Part shown: positions 12,897 to 26,113 of the stretch, in pieces
Position numbering within the stretch: position 1 is the stretch's first letter
How the letters are laid out: each line of letters opens with the position of its first letter
NCBI GenBank assembly: GCA_013115145.1
Contig: JAAPAO010000019.1
Location: 70,936 to 134,935, forward strand
From: Perkinsus chesapeaki ATCC PRA-425
Lineage: Eukaryota; Protista; Perkinsozoa
Reading direction: 5' to 3'
Length of the DNA: 64,000 nucleotides
Made by a program: the position numbers and the translations under genes
The notes under the pieces: generated by a model
The model's input: the letters and a program-made list of their open reading frames with translations, nothing else
What the model was told of the DNA's origin: nothing
Database searches by the model: none

Positions 12897-14570
12897 ATGG
12901 AGTCCAGTATAATACCGATAGAGCTGATCGTCAAATCCAAAGGATCATCGAGGACTCTGCGGACAGAGCAGGGATGGACACTGGCAAAGCTTTTGACAGA
13001 GGCCGGGCTATCATCTAGTACACAAATAGTACTAAGTTGTCGAAGTAGCTCCACCGGGGTTCGAACTCGGGACCTATTTTATTTAGGTATATGGGAGCAT
13101 TATAGGGAGCTAGATGCCAGGAGTTCTCTTGATAGAAGTGTAGTAGTGGAGGGGCGGGATAATGGTTAAGTTAATTTAGTCCGCCCGACTGGTCGAGGAA
13201 AATCGGAGACTTGCCGAGGAAGTGCTTCGGTTGGAGAATCTTTTGCAGCACCAAAAGCCCGCATCAACCTCGACTGTCGAGCCCGAAGTAACAGCTTTTT
13301 CCCTCCCCCAAACTCCGCCCATCGGTGCCAGTGGGACACCAGTGCCCTCAGGGTCCCCCTAATAGTGCTCGGAGCCGCGTCTCGAGACGGAGCAGTGTTG
13401 GGTCCATGATAAGCTACCAAAGCGAGGTGTACGCGGTTGGCAGGTAAATACATATCATCACTTTAATCAGGTACATGGAGCACCAAGAAGGTGAGATACT
13501 TCGTTTGGATGACGAACTGAAGGCACTGAAGGAAAAGGCAGACCGACTGGCATTGTTGGGTTATGATGGCTTCAACTTAGAACCGCCTATTGCACGATGA
13601 AGCTGTGAAGGTCCGGTTGGAGCTGGACAAGGCAAATTCAGTTAATGAAGAATTGCAGCAGAAAACGCTTGAGTTGTTGGCTGAGAGGGAGATGCTCCTT
13701 CGACGTGCCTCCAGCGGCTCCTCGAGTGGAAGTCCAGACTCGAGTGCTGGGATGGGGGAGAGGTCTCCGGAGTGTAGTAGAGCGGGCGGAGCGAAGCGAT
13801 TCTTATTGGCAGATTCGGTATCGGCTCGTAGCCTTTTGGACGCCTTGTCGCCTTCTCCAGCGTCGCCCAGTGGCCTAATGGAGTCGTCGAGCCTTATTTG
13901 GTACAGCACCCCTGCAGTAGAGCGGCTTGGGGCTTATAGTCCGGGAACGACAGGGAAGGATCAGAAAGGGGGGCACGAGGAGTAGTATAAGGGAAGGGAG
14001 AGCTTTGGGATATTATATTGCAGCGTGGTCCACATGCTCACCGTCAAGGTGGCCGAATTAGAGCGAGATAAGGCAGAGCTCAAAGAACAGCTTAGCAGGG
14101 CTGTAGGGGAGATGCCCAACACGTCACGGTGGGAAGGCTGGAGTAATGTTGCCGAGGGAATGTTTTATCAGGCCGAGTTGCTCTCCGTCATCGGCGGGCA
14201 GGTCCTTCGGTAGGCAGCCTTTCGATGGGTTCGGGGGACTTGTGTTTAGGTGCTTCCTTGTGTGATGAGTTGACGGCCTTCCAGAACGCCGAGAAGGTCG
14301 AGGAACTGGAGGCAGAAACGGAAGTGCTAAGAGATACTGTAGCTCGGTATCGAACCTTGGTCCAACGGAAGGTAAGCTTAGCACTTGACCGTTACGCCAT
14401 TTGGTCAGATGGTGTGGTGGTAGGTGTTATTTCCACCAATTTTTATCGGCGCATTTCAGGACGAGTTCCTCGCCCGGATCATTGCGGTACTGCAAGACGG
14501 GCATGCCGATCGCAAGCCGTTGAAGCCCAGCCTTCACCTGAGCACGTCCGGGCAAACCTCTTCAGTATAA
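12897..14570 (+). CDS. Coiled-coil protein of unknown function (multi-exon)
   Basis: Exons in phase across GT-AG introns: MESSIIPIELIVK..., SARLVEENRRLAEEVLRLE, YMEHQEGEILRLDDELKALKEK, ELDKANSVNEELQQK, VKVAELERDKAELKEQL, ending QTSSV* at 14570. Confidence 0.6.
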
Positions 14571-14691
14571 TTCAAAATGCGTTTCCTATCCCCACTGACG
14601 GTCACATGGTATCCGTAGCGGACAATACGAGGCGTTGCGTTCGAGGGTCAGGTGGGGATGGTCTGCTTTGCAAAGTTCAAGGATTATTAAT

Positions 14692-16734
14692 ATGACTATC
14701 GACTGGACTTCATTGGGTATCTCGGTGCTCCTCGGGCTCGTCCTTATTCTGATTCTTCATAAAGTTGCTAATGCACGCTTTGCCTCCTACAAGGAACGTC
14801 TCAACAAGGACCGCATGACGGCCATGGCGGGTTGGCTTAAGGCCATGGCTTCGCGGGACCGTCCGCCCAGCAACCATCGGTGGCGGGCCATCTTCTCTTG
14901 GGAGTCCCCGAAGGTCTGTGATATCTGTGGTAAAAATATTTATGTGGCGGGCGAGACATGGCAGCGGAAAGCCTTGGCAACGCTGTTGGTGCCGTCGAGG
15001 GCAGAGCGACAACAACAAGGATGCGAGTGTGTCATCTGCGGACAAGTGGCGCACTTCTACTGCTCGCATCGACACGCCCATCGCATACCGTGTCGCTGGG
15101 ATTTCACCGACTATCCTCCGAATCACCGTTGGTTGAAGGGCAACTTGCCGACCGATGGGCCAAATTGCCAGGTCTGCTATAAGCCCTGTAACCCCGAGGA
15201 AGACTACAGATGCATATTATGCCGACGATTCGTGCATGCTGGGAAGTGTCGTGAAGAAATGGGACAGAAATGCGACCTTGGTCCCCTGGGATTCGCCTGT
15301 CTCAAACCTGCCTGCTTTGTCGACCTCGCTTCAACCAACCCACGGCCTCGGACACAAAGCGACATCGATGGCACGTTGAGCCCTCGGGCCTCTACGGAGT
15401 GTTCGACGCCCTTACTAGAGGATTTGGAGGCTTCGGAGCGGCCTAAGAGAGAGCGGTGGTCGATCAGCCGGATGAGCTTGGGCCTATATAAGCTTTTGGC
15501 GACCCTGAGGGGGGAGAAGAAATCGCCGACCTCACCGAAGGCTGTGGCAGCGCCGAAGGTCGCCGAGCCTCCTCCGGTGGTGACACCTTCCTTCATAGTG
15601 TCTGCTGAGGGTTGTGATGCCTGTGGCACAACCGATCCGGTATTGTGCTTCATTAACCCTAAGAGCGGTGGGTTGCAGGGAAGGAAGGTGAGAGATCAGC
15701 TCTATGGCACGTTGCATCCTCGCCAAGTGGTCGATCTAACCAAGCCAGGTCAGCCTCGATCGGCGCTGCTTGCCTTCAGCCCCATAGCTACACGTCTTAG
15801 AGTCCTGGTGTGCGGCGGTGATGGCACTGTTGGTTGGATACTTGGAGAAATCAATTCGGCGTATGGACCTGATGAATTCAGGAAGATACCGGTATCGATA
15901 ATGCCTATGGGCACTGGCAATGACTTGGCTGCCATCCTCGGTTGTGGGAGAGAGATCGACCTGTCGGAGGTGTCCATGCGAACGGCTATGGCAGCCCGAC
16001 CGAACGGCCACCTGCAAAGGCTCGATCGGTGGAACATTAAGTTTGATTATTATCGCCCACACAACAAAATTAGACGCTCCATGTCGGCCCCTCGATTGTA
16101 TGGCGAGTTCATTGAAGACGAGGACTACACTGCTGGCTTGGACACGGAGTTGCAGGTTCTATCCCCGGAGACAGAAACTAAGGTTATTATTAATTATCTT
16201 GACATCGGTGCGGCTGCCAGAATCGCTGGTCAATTCCATCACCACCGAGAGACCTTCCCAGAGCTCTTCACCACGCGCTTTGAGAACAAGGTTCGCTACG
16301 GCGAGCTCGGCTTTGCGGACTTCCTCGCCGAGGAGCCCGTCTCGCTCCGAGACGTCACGGTCACTTGCGACGGCATCCCTGTGCAACTGCCGTGTAATGG
16401 TGACTTGGCCGATATTATAATAGTGAATATTCCCAGTTTTGCTGGAGCTGTAGATCTATGGGGCACTACGAGCCCTCGGTCCCACGGATACAAAAAGCAA
16501 AAAGTCGACGACGGCATCATCGAAGTGGTCGCGGTGAGCTCGTTGTTCCACCTCGGGAAGGTCCAAGTTGGTCTGTCATCGCCTTATGCAGTTTGCCAGG
16601 GCCGTGAGATAACTGTGGCTCTCTCAACTGGGGCTCGACTCCCCGCCCAGCTCGATGGTGAGCCTTACACTTTACTTGGTCCTTGCGAACTTACTGTATC
16701 ACTTAAAGATGATGCTTTGATGGTTAAACGATAA
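14692..16734 (+). CDS. DGK: Diacylglycerol kinase, epsilon-like architecture (N-terminal TM helix, two C1 domains, catalytic and accessory domains); intronless
   Basis: TM segment LGISVLLGLVLILIL; two Cys/His-rich C1 domains; motifs FINPKSGG, VLVCGGDGTVGWIL, PMGTGNDLA, NIPSFAGAVDLW, DDGIIEVV, QLDGEP. First ATG at 14692. Confidence 0.95.
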   Translation: MTIDWTSLGISVLLGLVLILILHKVANARFASYKERLNKDRMTAMAGWLKAMASRDRPPSNHRWRAIFSWESPKVCDICGKNIYVAGETWQRKALATLLVPSRAERQQQGCECVICGQVAHFYCSHRHAHRIPCRWDFTDYPPNHRWLKGNLPTDGPNCQVCYKPCNPEEDYRCILCRRFVHAGKCREEMGQKCDLGPLGFACLKPACFVDLASTNPRPRTQSDIDGTLSPRASTECSTPLLEDLEASERPKRERWSISRMSLGLYKLLATLRGEKKSPTSPKAVAAPKVAEPPPVVTPSFIVSAEGCDACGTTDPVLCFINPKSGGLQGRKVRDQLYGTLHPRQVVDLTKPGQPRSALLAFSPIATRLRVLVCGGDGTVGWILGEINSAYGPDEFRKIPVSIMPMGTGNDLAAILGCGREIDLSEVSMRTAMAARPNGHLQRLDRWNIKFDYYRPHNKIRRSMSAPRLYGEFIEDEDYTAGLDTELQVLSPETETKVIINYLDIGAAARIAGQFHHHRETFPELFTTRFENKVRYGELGFADFLAEEPVSLRDVTVTCDGIPVQLPCNGDLADIIIVNIPSFAGAVDLWGTTSPRSHGYKKQKVDDGIIEVVAVSSLFHLGKVQVGLSSPYAVCQGREITVALSTGARLPAQLDGEPYTLLGPCELTVSLKDDALMVKR

Positions 16735-17292
16735 TAGTGATCATTTTGACTGTTTAGTGACAATATAACATTTTACACCCGTGTTGACTGTCGACTGGTC
16801 TTTGGGTTTGTTATTCAAGGGTGAGGGCATTTCTGATAATTAAATAGAGGATACGTGAGCTAGTAGAGCTTTCCTTTTCGACGTCCGTCTTAATTCTGTA
16901 AACGATAGTAAACTCTTCTTCTTGGTTTATCTTCCCTTTCGATTCTTTCCTATACGATATCTCTGCAAAGGATATCTTACTATCTATTAAACAAGGGATT
17001 TCAGTTTCCAGATCCCTTCGTAACTGCCTGTTCGATGAGTTGCCCAGCGCTGGTTCGATAACATTTCCCTCGCTTGTTTAAGACGGTATCGTGGTCACTG
17101 TGGCTTGATGTGTGCTGGTAGGACAGTTGGAGGAATGTTCTTTGGAATTGTGTGGGTGGCGAGTTAACCTTTGTGGAATCTTCGCACTACATTGCGGCGC
17201 ATGTTCATCGCCGAGCGCGTATCTTTTTGCACGCGTGCGCACCACTTTGAGTTTGACGTGAGCGTTTCTACACAAATCCCATTTATCTTAAT

Positions 17293-19097
17293 ATGAATCA
17301 CATCGATAACTTTAAAGGCTCTACCGGGGGCATCAGTGAGGAACCCAACCGCTCGACCTTCATTTTTAAATCAACCAGCGGTCGTCAGCTTGCCACAGAG
17401 CCGGAGCGCCGCCCGAGTACCCCTCCGAGCCCGGGCGGGCCTTTTGGTGAGACTCTTCGGCGGTAGTGGTCCTATTGATCCCTTATGGGATTAGGTCACT
17501 ACCTGCTAGACGACTCTGGTGCCGTCGGAGCCTTCCTCAGCACATCAACGGACACTGACAGTGGCGGAGGAGGCGGCGGCCATATCGGGTGTATCTATTC
17601 CGGACAATTAGATGACGAATCCTACATTGTGAGGCAAACTCGCCTTTTACCTCCGTCCATTTTCGTTTTCAGGCTGCTGGATCGTCCCCGCCACCACCGC
17701 TCTACGCTGCATCCTCGTTCCCGTCGCTTCCGATGCCTTTGAACCTCATCGAAGCTCTGGTGGATATCGGCATTCAAGAAGCAGGATCCCCACTGCCGAG
17801 CAGAGCCAGCCTTGAGTTGTTATCAAATGCGGCCTTGATCGCTGCTAGAGCCTCGGTTAACGAGGGGGTCGCCGCTGCCAGTCAGGAATGCGCCACTAGA
17901 GCGCTGACTCGTATGTTGGAGAGATTCGCCATTATCTGGGAGGACTACTGCAAGGAGCTCGAGGCTGCTGGCATTGGGGCTGGTGGACTTGAACATCTCT
18001 CCTCTTCAACAACAACGACGACAACCTCGCCGACTAAGGATAATTATTATTATGACTCCAATGGATTCGACTCCACCACTCTTGGCCCACTGACGGCCAC
18101 CACCGCCGAGCCACCTACTCCTGAAGGCTCTCCGCAAGGCACCACACCCGAGACGGTTTTGAGAAGGCCCTCTGGATTCTCGAGAAGCTCCTCTATGTCG
18201 AATAACAGCCTGTCTGGCCCTGGTGGTTCGCCCACAGCGACCGCTGCTGCCGTTCCCGTCAATGGTGCGACACCCTTCAACACCCTTCCCCAGCATTTGG
18301 TCGATCCTAAAGATTGGTGTACTGTGATTCTGAGAAACATTCCTAATAAGTATGATGAGGTTATGCTGCTAGAACAATTCTTAGCGGCAGGCTTTTCCAG
18401 CGACACTGATATCCGTTATGTGTATACGCCAAAGGACGCCACCAACAACTGCAATCTTGGCTATGCTTTCGTCGACCTCGTCAGCCATGATGTCGCGGTT
18501 AAGTTCACTTCGGTCTATGAGGGCTTCCGTTTGCCGAGTTCGAAGTCGAGGAAGGTGTGCAGTGCAAGTTGGGCAAAGATGCAATCGGTTCCGGCGACTA
18601 TGCAGGGTAACCAGAGTAATCGAGTTGGTGCTATGTCGACTGCTGGTAGAAGGGACAGCAGGTTCCTCTCTGGCCACAGTGGTAGGAAGGGATCTATCTC
18701 CGCGGCGACCCCTAGGAGATACGCTAAGAGAGCTGATGCCTCTCCACCAGGGTTCACCACTGATAGGACCGGTGTAGACAGCGATGCAGTCATCCTTTTG
18801 GTTGGTATTACATGCTCGCGAGGAAAGTTGACGGAGACTCTGTCGTCGAGGTTCGGGCAAGTTGCTTCGGTTGACGGAAGTGGTCGCTATTGCCGTGTGG
18901 CGTTCAGTAGCACTGCTGGCGCTCGTCGAGCCAAGGATGCTATTCTTTCTGGTGCGGTTACGATCGATGGACAAATCTTAAAGCTCGGTGAAGGAGTATC
19001 TTTTGATAAGGGAAATCTTGGAGAGTTTGAGGATGACAACAATGACGATCTTGATCAGTTCAATGTGGGACCGTTAGACGATTATTTAACTCAGTGA
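17293..19097 (+). CDS. Mei2-like RRM RNA-binding protein
   Basis: Mei2-type RRM3: TVILRNIPNKY...YVYTPKD...CNLGYAFVDL...KVCSASWAKMQ. Two 5' introns (~17447-17494 and ~17630-17672) join ATG 17293 in frame to ORF 17733..19097. Confidence 0.88.
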
Positions 19098-19578
19098 TAG
19101 TTGGTGAATTCAGAAGGAGCTGCTGCTGTTGCTTAATGAGTATTGGTGCTTGGCTTAACCTCTATTGTATCTTTCCCCATTCACAGTGCTGTTGGACGAC
19201 TGTCCCTATTTCTGTGAAGTCCTGTAGTAGGTAAATAGATTCACCCCGTGTGTTGTTGCTGATGATGCTGGTATCACGACACCAGCACTCAAAGTTGCCT
19301 GCGGTTGTCGTCATCATAATTTCATCAAGTCGATCATATAAGTCTGCTCTATCTGGCTATTTCTTTTCCGGTAAATTGGTAGCCACTTCGACTGCCATCA
19401 TTAATTTGGTCGTTCTAATATGATCCTCTGTTATTACTGCTCTCCTGCTCCTCCTCTCTAATTTGACTATTCTTTATCCTCTATAACCATCATTTCCGCT
19501 CTACCATTCCCATGCTGTTCTCGAAGCCTAATAATTTCATTCGTTTGGTGTGGCCCTCTGCAGCCGCTTCACCGGGCT

Positions 19579-19611
19579 ATCATCATCATCATCATCATTA
19601 TCATCATCATC
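19579..19611. repeat. (ATC)n microsatellite, ~11 units with one interruption
   Basis: atcatcatcatcatcatcattatcatcatcatc read directly. Confidence 0.95.
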
Positions 19612-20777
19612 GAAAGCGGCAGCAGCAGGGGGAGCCATAATAGTAGTCTTTAATATTCATCATGAGATCTTGCTGTGGTTATTGAAGTAGTAATGTTTCA
19701 AATATTGTTATCAGGTTTTTGACGGGCGTAACTGGATTTGCGTTGTAGTTGGAGTTTCTGCAGCTGCGAGCAATGATAAAAGTACTTGAAGTACATACTG
19801 TCTAGCCCATAACCTCAGGGCTTCCGAATAAGAGTGTAAAGAACGACAGTTGACTGGTGGAAGGAGTCACATGCGTTCCGAGCAGGAACGTGTTCGAGCA
19901 AAATTTGCAAATCACGTGCGCATTAGGAGCATTTTTGGACTCCTAAGCAACAAATTTTAAAGAGGCTAGATGACTCTGTGAACTGGTGGCCCTCTGCATT
20001 TCGAAGGTAGGTGAGCTCGGGCTTCCTTGGTGATTATATAGGGACAATGTAACCTTTCTTACTTAGTTGGCAGGTCGCCAAGGTTTCTATTTACTTGGTA
20101 GCTACTGTCGGCAAGGGATGCAAGAAAGCGGTATTCCTGAACCAGCTAGATGATGGACAAAACTAAAGGATAAATTTAGGAAGGGCTGTTCGCTGATTCG
20201 GGCGTTTAAAAATACGAGTCGTGAATCTTGGTGCGTAGTTGAATCGATAATTATATCAATTGCTGGTGGTCCGCAATGGGGAGAGACACCTAACACCATG
20301 GTGAACATATCCATCATCATTCCGACCTGTTCTTTCTTTAATTCGGATGGACAAGCTGGATTTCAATACTTGTTACAATGGTGTGATTACCGATCCACAC
20401 GCATTGTGTTAGTAACCTTAAGGTTCAACATCCACTGCAAAGGCCGCCGCGAGGCCGCCGGTGTGTCTCAGACAAGATTGATCCTTCACACCTTCCTGTG
20501 GGGTTCGGCTCCATTGCCGACACTACCGCTCTCAGTAAACGATACCTGAGGCTCGATGATGGTCATGCAAGCATGACCAGGAGGTTGGCTCTACCAAAAA
20601 TCCAGGAGGCTGAGAGAACGCATCTTGAAGTGGTTCTATAGTTTTTAATGATTTTCATGTCAACATATGCGATAGTCTTATTGACGAACTTTGCTCTCAT
20701 TTCATCCACAGGGGACAGTATAAACGATACCCAATCCCCGTGGGTAGGTGATGCCAATGATGTAAGCCCATTTAGTT

Positions 20778-23700
20778 ATGAAGATATGTCTCCGCCTTGC
20801 TCTGAAATGGTTGTATACTGAACGAGCCCGGTTGAGTTCGGCCGGTGCGAAATATCGCAAGCTCTACGCAGCGCATCGGAGCTTTCTTCATGTTTCCATA
20901 AGCTGCCTTCATCAGATATGCATACCCCTCGGTCCGTCTGTCTCAGTGGAGTTTTCTAATATCGCCTCCAGAGCCACGCAGTTGGCCTTTGGAGATATAG
21001 CACATCTTGGCAGATGCCCTTTCCTTTCGAGGGAGTGTCGACACTTTACCGAGGTCGGCTCTTGTTTGATTTAGCGCTTCTTAGCAGCATCCCTTACCTT
21101 AGTGGCTTCTCGAGAACACCTATCACCGGCAGAAGGCAGTAAAGGAGATGATGGCTCATGCTTATGGACAGTACGAGGCTAAAGGCTTTGCCACTGATGA
21201 GATGGACACTCTAGAAGGCCATGGTATGACTACCCTACCAGCTTCGGTACTTCCTATGGTTCGTGGTAGGTACCGACAATTGGGGTGGGTTCAGTCTAAC
21301 GATGGTGGATGCAATGGATACATTAGCTTTGATGGGCATGTTGCCCGAATATGAGCGAGCAATTGACTGGCTGTATGAGCATTATAGAACAGCACATGCG
21401 AAGAGTCATTGGGTGAATACCTTTGAATCTGCTATACGAATACTTGGCGGGTAAGAGGCAAACGGAGTGGATATCGAAGCAACAACTTTTTCACAGCGTC
21501 ATTCAATATATAAATACAGTCTTCTTGAGGTTGTACGAATCATAGTGGAGATTCGTACTGCATTAGGAATTGTTAAGTTTCGCTCTCCGACACGGGAGAT
21601 AACTTCTGGAGTAGGATTAGAGCGCATATACTATGGTTGCCAATCCTTAGAAAATGTATATAGTTCGTTATTAACATTTCTACAAGCTGGATGTGTCATA
21701 ATTGTACTCGGTCGACACTATGGGCGCCGCACCGATTTATTTCTGGTACCGCAATGGGAAGATTTTCGTTAACAAAGCTCCGAGATCCGTTTCATAATGA
21801 GAGTTCCTGGTAGGAACTTACTTTATTCTTTTGTCATTCAAAGAGCAGGATTTATCCTTGGTTCGATCTCGCCAGCTAGCTTTTCTTCAGGTACCTCGGT
21901 GCGTGGACGCTTAGTCCTCCAGATTCTCCTCATCGAGCAAAGCTATCGGAGATGGCAGAGGATATCGGGTTGAGGCTTATAAAGGCGTTCTATCCCCACA
22001 CGGGAGAGACCAAGCCTCATTTACCATATTCAGATATTAATCTGGCATCTGGTGAGTATGGCGGCCTCTCCGCGTGTAAACGGTGTTAGTCCGTCAATCG
22101 GTCGAATGGTCTTTAATAATACATCTATACTGGAGTCGATGCAAAGGGATGAGTTCAGCATGCCTTGGTCGACCATAAGCGAATTACAATAATACGTTTA
22201 TGTATTACTTCGTCTATTACTCGATATGGAGGCATTGTCTGTACGTTACAGCATGTCCCTAGAAGTGACTCGAATAGCCAAAGCTAATAGTTTCAGGAGC
22301 GCTTAGTGAATCGCACTAGGCAACCTATTATCAGAATACGTTGTGGTGACAAAAACTCAACGGTGAGACGGCGAGGGGCTGGGCAGATTTTCTCGTATCG
22401 GAACTGCGTATTGACTTGATGGCATTTTCATGCTGAATCTCCATCGATGGCAGCCTATATGTTCCAGGTGAAACAGCCCTACTAGGGGGATCAGTGAGTC
22501 TTTCCGAGGCTAATATTGGCCTGGATTTGCTGGCCGCTTCAATGGTCACAGGGAATCCTGTTTTTGCTCAAGCCGCGGCGAATGTAAGTGTGTGCGGTTG
22601 GAGAGGCTTTTTCTCGGCAGAAAAGTATCACACTAACTTCCTCGTTACCCTTTGAATCACTACTGCCATTCAGCTGCGAATAGCGTCTGCAATGTTCCGG
22701 AGCTTCGTAGCCCGTCATAGCCGATATCGCTGGGTGTCATTTGGCAGCAGGTCCAAACGATACTGCGAGAGAGCTATGGTCACATCGAGAGAGGGCTTTT
22801 ACCAGTTCGGCTTCCTCTCATTCCGGAGGGCAACGATGACCATATTAAGCAGGGCGATAATAAGATTGGTCTCGGAGCTCGGGGTGACTCTCATTATGAG
22901 TAAGTTGCGGTATGAGACGATCTACGAGGAGGATGAAAGGTGGAATAGCAAGACATTCAGCACGTATCAAAGCCTTAGTCAGCCATGTTCCCGAGGATCT
23001 TGCCGGAAACCTGGACGACTCGGTCAATAAATGGGAGATGGATATATCCTCGACATCTCACACTCTTGATGATGATGCTTCAGAGCAGAACTCAGTGGTG
23101 CGGTGACGTGCGCAAAATAGCCCACAAAATTGATGTTCCTATTGGGAAAGGCTTGAAGCAGAAATGTGACATTTCAAATGTCTTCTTTTTGTTATCAAGC
23201 GATATTAGTTGTTCCATAAGGTACTTGCTAAAGCAGTGGATCCTTGGGGGCAAGAAGGATAATTCATTACTGAGAAGTTGGCAGATCAGTCTATATAAGA
23301 TATATCATAACATGAACGCTCACGTTGAAACTGATGGTATAGGGAGAGACTATATAGCAGAGTAACGGGGGATAGGACGCAGGTTCAATCCCCTGCACGG
23401 GTACTCTTTCATTGTCAGTTTTGGCTTGATGAAGTCTGATCCCAAGATGGACCATTTAACTTGTTTTCTACCAGGCAGCTTGGCTCTGGATTACATAGTG
23501 CGTAGCGGTGATGATGGGTAAGTCTCTCGCCGCATACATATTCAAATGTTGTTCCAACGATAAGCTCCGAATCAACGCTCTCCTGTTCGTAATAGCTTCC
23601 CTGTTGGGATCAATGCAGTTTGCCAAAACATATCGTTGTATTTTTAAATCGCTTCGATTGATAGAGACTCTACCTTAGCGATCTCCTCGCCAGTTTAAAT

Positions 23701-24699
23701 CCACCAGAATTGCTGGAGAAGAAGAGGAGGGTTTTATCGCGAACATCATTTGAAGATGTTCTCCTATCGTCTGGTGGGGTACTCAGTCTCGAGGAAGAGC
23801 TTGATTGGGCCAGGAACCTAACTGCAGCATGCATCGACATGTACGCTCTCAGGCTTTTAGCTAATTACTGGAAGTTGTTAGGTATTATCGTATTGAGCAG
23901 ACCGGTTTAGCTCCCGAAATTACGAGGTTTGATGCCCATGGAGCAGTGGATGACCTGGGGTCGATGCATAATCTACTCAGACCGGAAACCATTGAAGCGT
24001 TGTGGTACATGTGGAGGGCCACTGGAGATTGGTAGTCATACTTGAATCAGATTCTTTTGAGTCATCGACTACTTGACTTATAGCGTATTCACGTGGGCAA
24101 GCTCAATTCCGACGGATATGCAGAATTGCAGAATACGAACATTCTAGTCGGGATGCTGTACAGTATCATCCTTACATGGGATTCTCGTCTATTGAATCAT
24201 CGAATATCACAGTTTCACCTTTTCAAGTTTACAGCGAGTCTCCTGATATGATTGGCTTACTGTGTAGGTATTACAGGGAAGCTGGTTGGCGAATAGCCAA
24301 GGCGTTTGAGAAACATGCCCGTACAGCTTATGGTTACTCGTCACTGCGAAACGTTAGATCCCATGGAAGCTACACTGGAGGGCAGCCGAGCTACTTTTTT
24401 TCTGGTAATAATAATTAAGGCATTTATGCTATTCCATTCGCTTTACTTAATGGCTTGCGCCGTACTTGAGCATACAATCTTGCGGATGCATCCTTCGTTT
24501 ACTAAAGAGCACACGAGCTCTGTTGGCAGTAAAAATCTTCGTCACTATTTCAGAAACCCTTAAGTACCTCTACCTACTCTTTTCACCGGATATGCTCGCA
24601 GTTAGAGTTACACCTGGAGTCATCGATGGTGTTATGCTGCCCCATGATGTATACGTACTTAATACTGAAGGCCACCCATATGGAATAGATGGCTCATGA
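20778..24699 (+). CDS. Class I alpha-1,2-mannosidase (glycoside hydrolase family 47), many exons
   Basis: LTMVDAMDTLALMG, FESAIRILGG, GARGDSHYE|YLLKQW, MDHLTCFLPG, LRPETIEALWYMWRATGD, ETLKYLYLLFS and NTEGHP in order. 5' end uncertain. Confidence 0.93.
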
Positions 24700-25049
24700 G
24701 ACCTGCACTACTACTGCAAGCGGCTACAATGTTTCGAGGCTTCAGCCGTTTCCTTTGATGAGTTTCGTGGTTCGTAAATTTGCCGGATTATAGACACCTG
24801 ATGAGGCCTCGGAGCTTCGTATTGCGAAAAAACGCTTAGTTTCAACTGAGAAGGCTTCAGAAAATGTATGCTTTTCAAGCCGAAAGCCTGTCACCTTCCC
24901 CTTGGTGTGTTTTTCAAGTGGCGAATTTGAACTTGTGGCCAACAGGCCCGAAGTAGTCCTTTGTAGCTAGTTGTTCATTGTAGTTAGTTGATGTAGGACT
25001 AGAGGCTCAGATGCGTTAACACAGCAGGAGGGACCTTGAAGGATAGTCA

Positions 25050-25767
25050 GCTTGCGCTAAAGATAGTAGTGATAACCAAGAACATACCAAGGGCAGGCGA
25101 TAACCAACCGCGCCGGTCGCTTAGGTATACTGTAGATTATTATAGCACGCATGGACATAGACTGTGCACAATCCTACCACATAACAGCTCATAAACTGAT
25201 ATTTATAGTAAGTCTTCTGGCCGCGTTCAACGTTCAAATCTCTGTAATATCTTGTTATCTTGTACATTGCGCCGACGCCCATAGCTTGATCGATTGTAGC
25301 ACGGTTGGGCTGTTATAGCAGATATACTGTATAAGAGCAGCATTACTACTTGCCCCTTGTCGCTGTTGATGTTTGCACAATATTCCGTTGTGATCCAGTA
25401 GACAAAATCTCCTTATCTATAGCTAACGCAATGTTCTGTCTCCTCCTTAATGTTCTATGTCCCTAGAGTGGATATAATAATTACCATATTCAATTACCTT
25501 ATTGAGTTAACCTATGGGTGGTCACGAAGATAGTGAACACCATCAACATCGCGTTACTGGTATGGACGGGTCCCCAACAGGGAGTATGCCTGTGACAAGA
25601 GAAGCACCGGCAATTTCAACCTCGAGGCGGCCGCCTAGGTGCTGCCGCGTGCTACAACTATGGGCACTGCCCCAGATGTGCCCATCTGTGACAGATATAG
25701 AGTAACATAAGACGGAAGTAATATTAAAGATGGACAAAGTTAAAACAGCCCAGTGAAGTCGCTCCAT
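25050..25767 (-). CDS. Hypothetical multi-exon protein with hydrophobic N-terminus
   Basis: MERLHWAVLTLSIFNITS...; exon-like frames GDFVYWITTEYCANINSDKGQ and ATIDQAMGVGAMYKITRYYRDLNVERGQKTYYKYQFMS. No family recognised. Confidence 0.3.
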
Positions 25768-26113
25768 CAATTCAGCTCCACTGGGGTAGAATTAATGGAA
25801 AAACACTCTTGCAGATTTCCAAACTTAACCTCGAGGAGCTAAATTGGTTAAAATGTTATTTGCGAAAAACTGAGTTGCAGAAAACGTAGTGAGGAAGAGA
25901 GGAATCATTCCAAAGACGAATCTGACAGTAACGTAATACAAAAACACCTCCATTCCACTGTGCTCTATGTGTGAGGCCTGTCAGAGTCCATGACGACCGT
26001 GTGAGTCGCGCGGTGTGACACCTTCGCACGCATGAACCGTGTCGGACAGACGACAGTGAACTACTACCGCTGCGTGTTGAATCTTACGACTTTGCAATAT
26101 TGTACCAGGAAAG

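Noticed and set aside
13048-13074. tRNA T-arm-like GGTCCCGAGTTCGAACCCCGG on the minus strand
   Set aside because: No D or anticodon arm, the stem is imperfect, and it lies in a coding exon of the opposite strand.
13351-13365. Apparent +1 frameshift at a CCCCC run, reminiscent of Perkinsus mitochondrial CCC frameshifts
   Set aside because: A canonical phase-0 GT-AG intron at 13288-13351 restores the frame without recoding.
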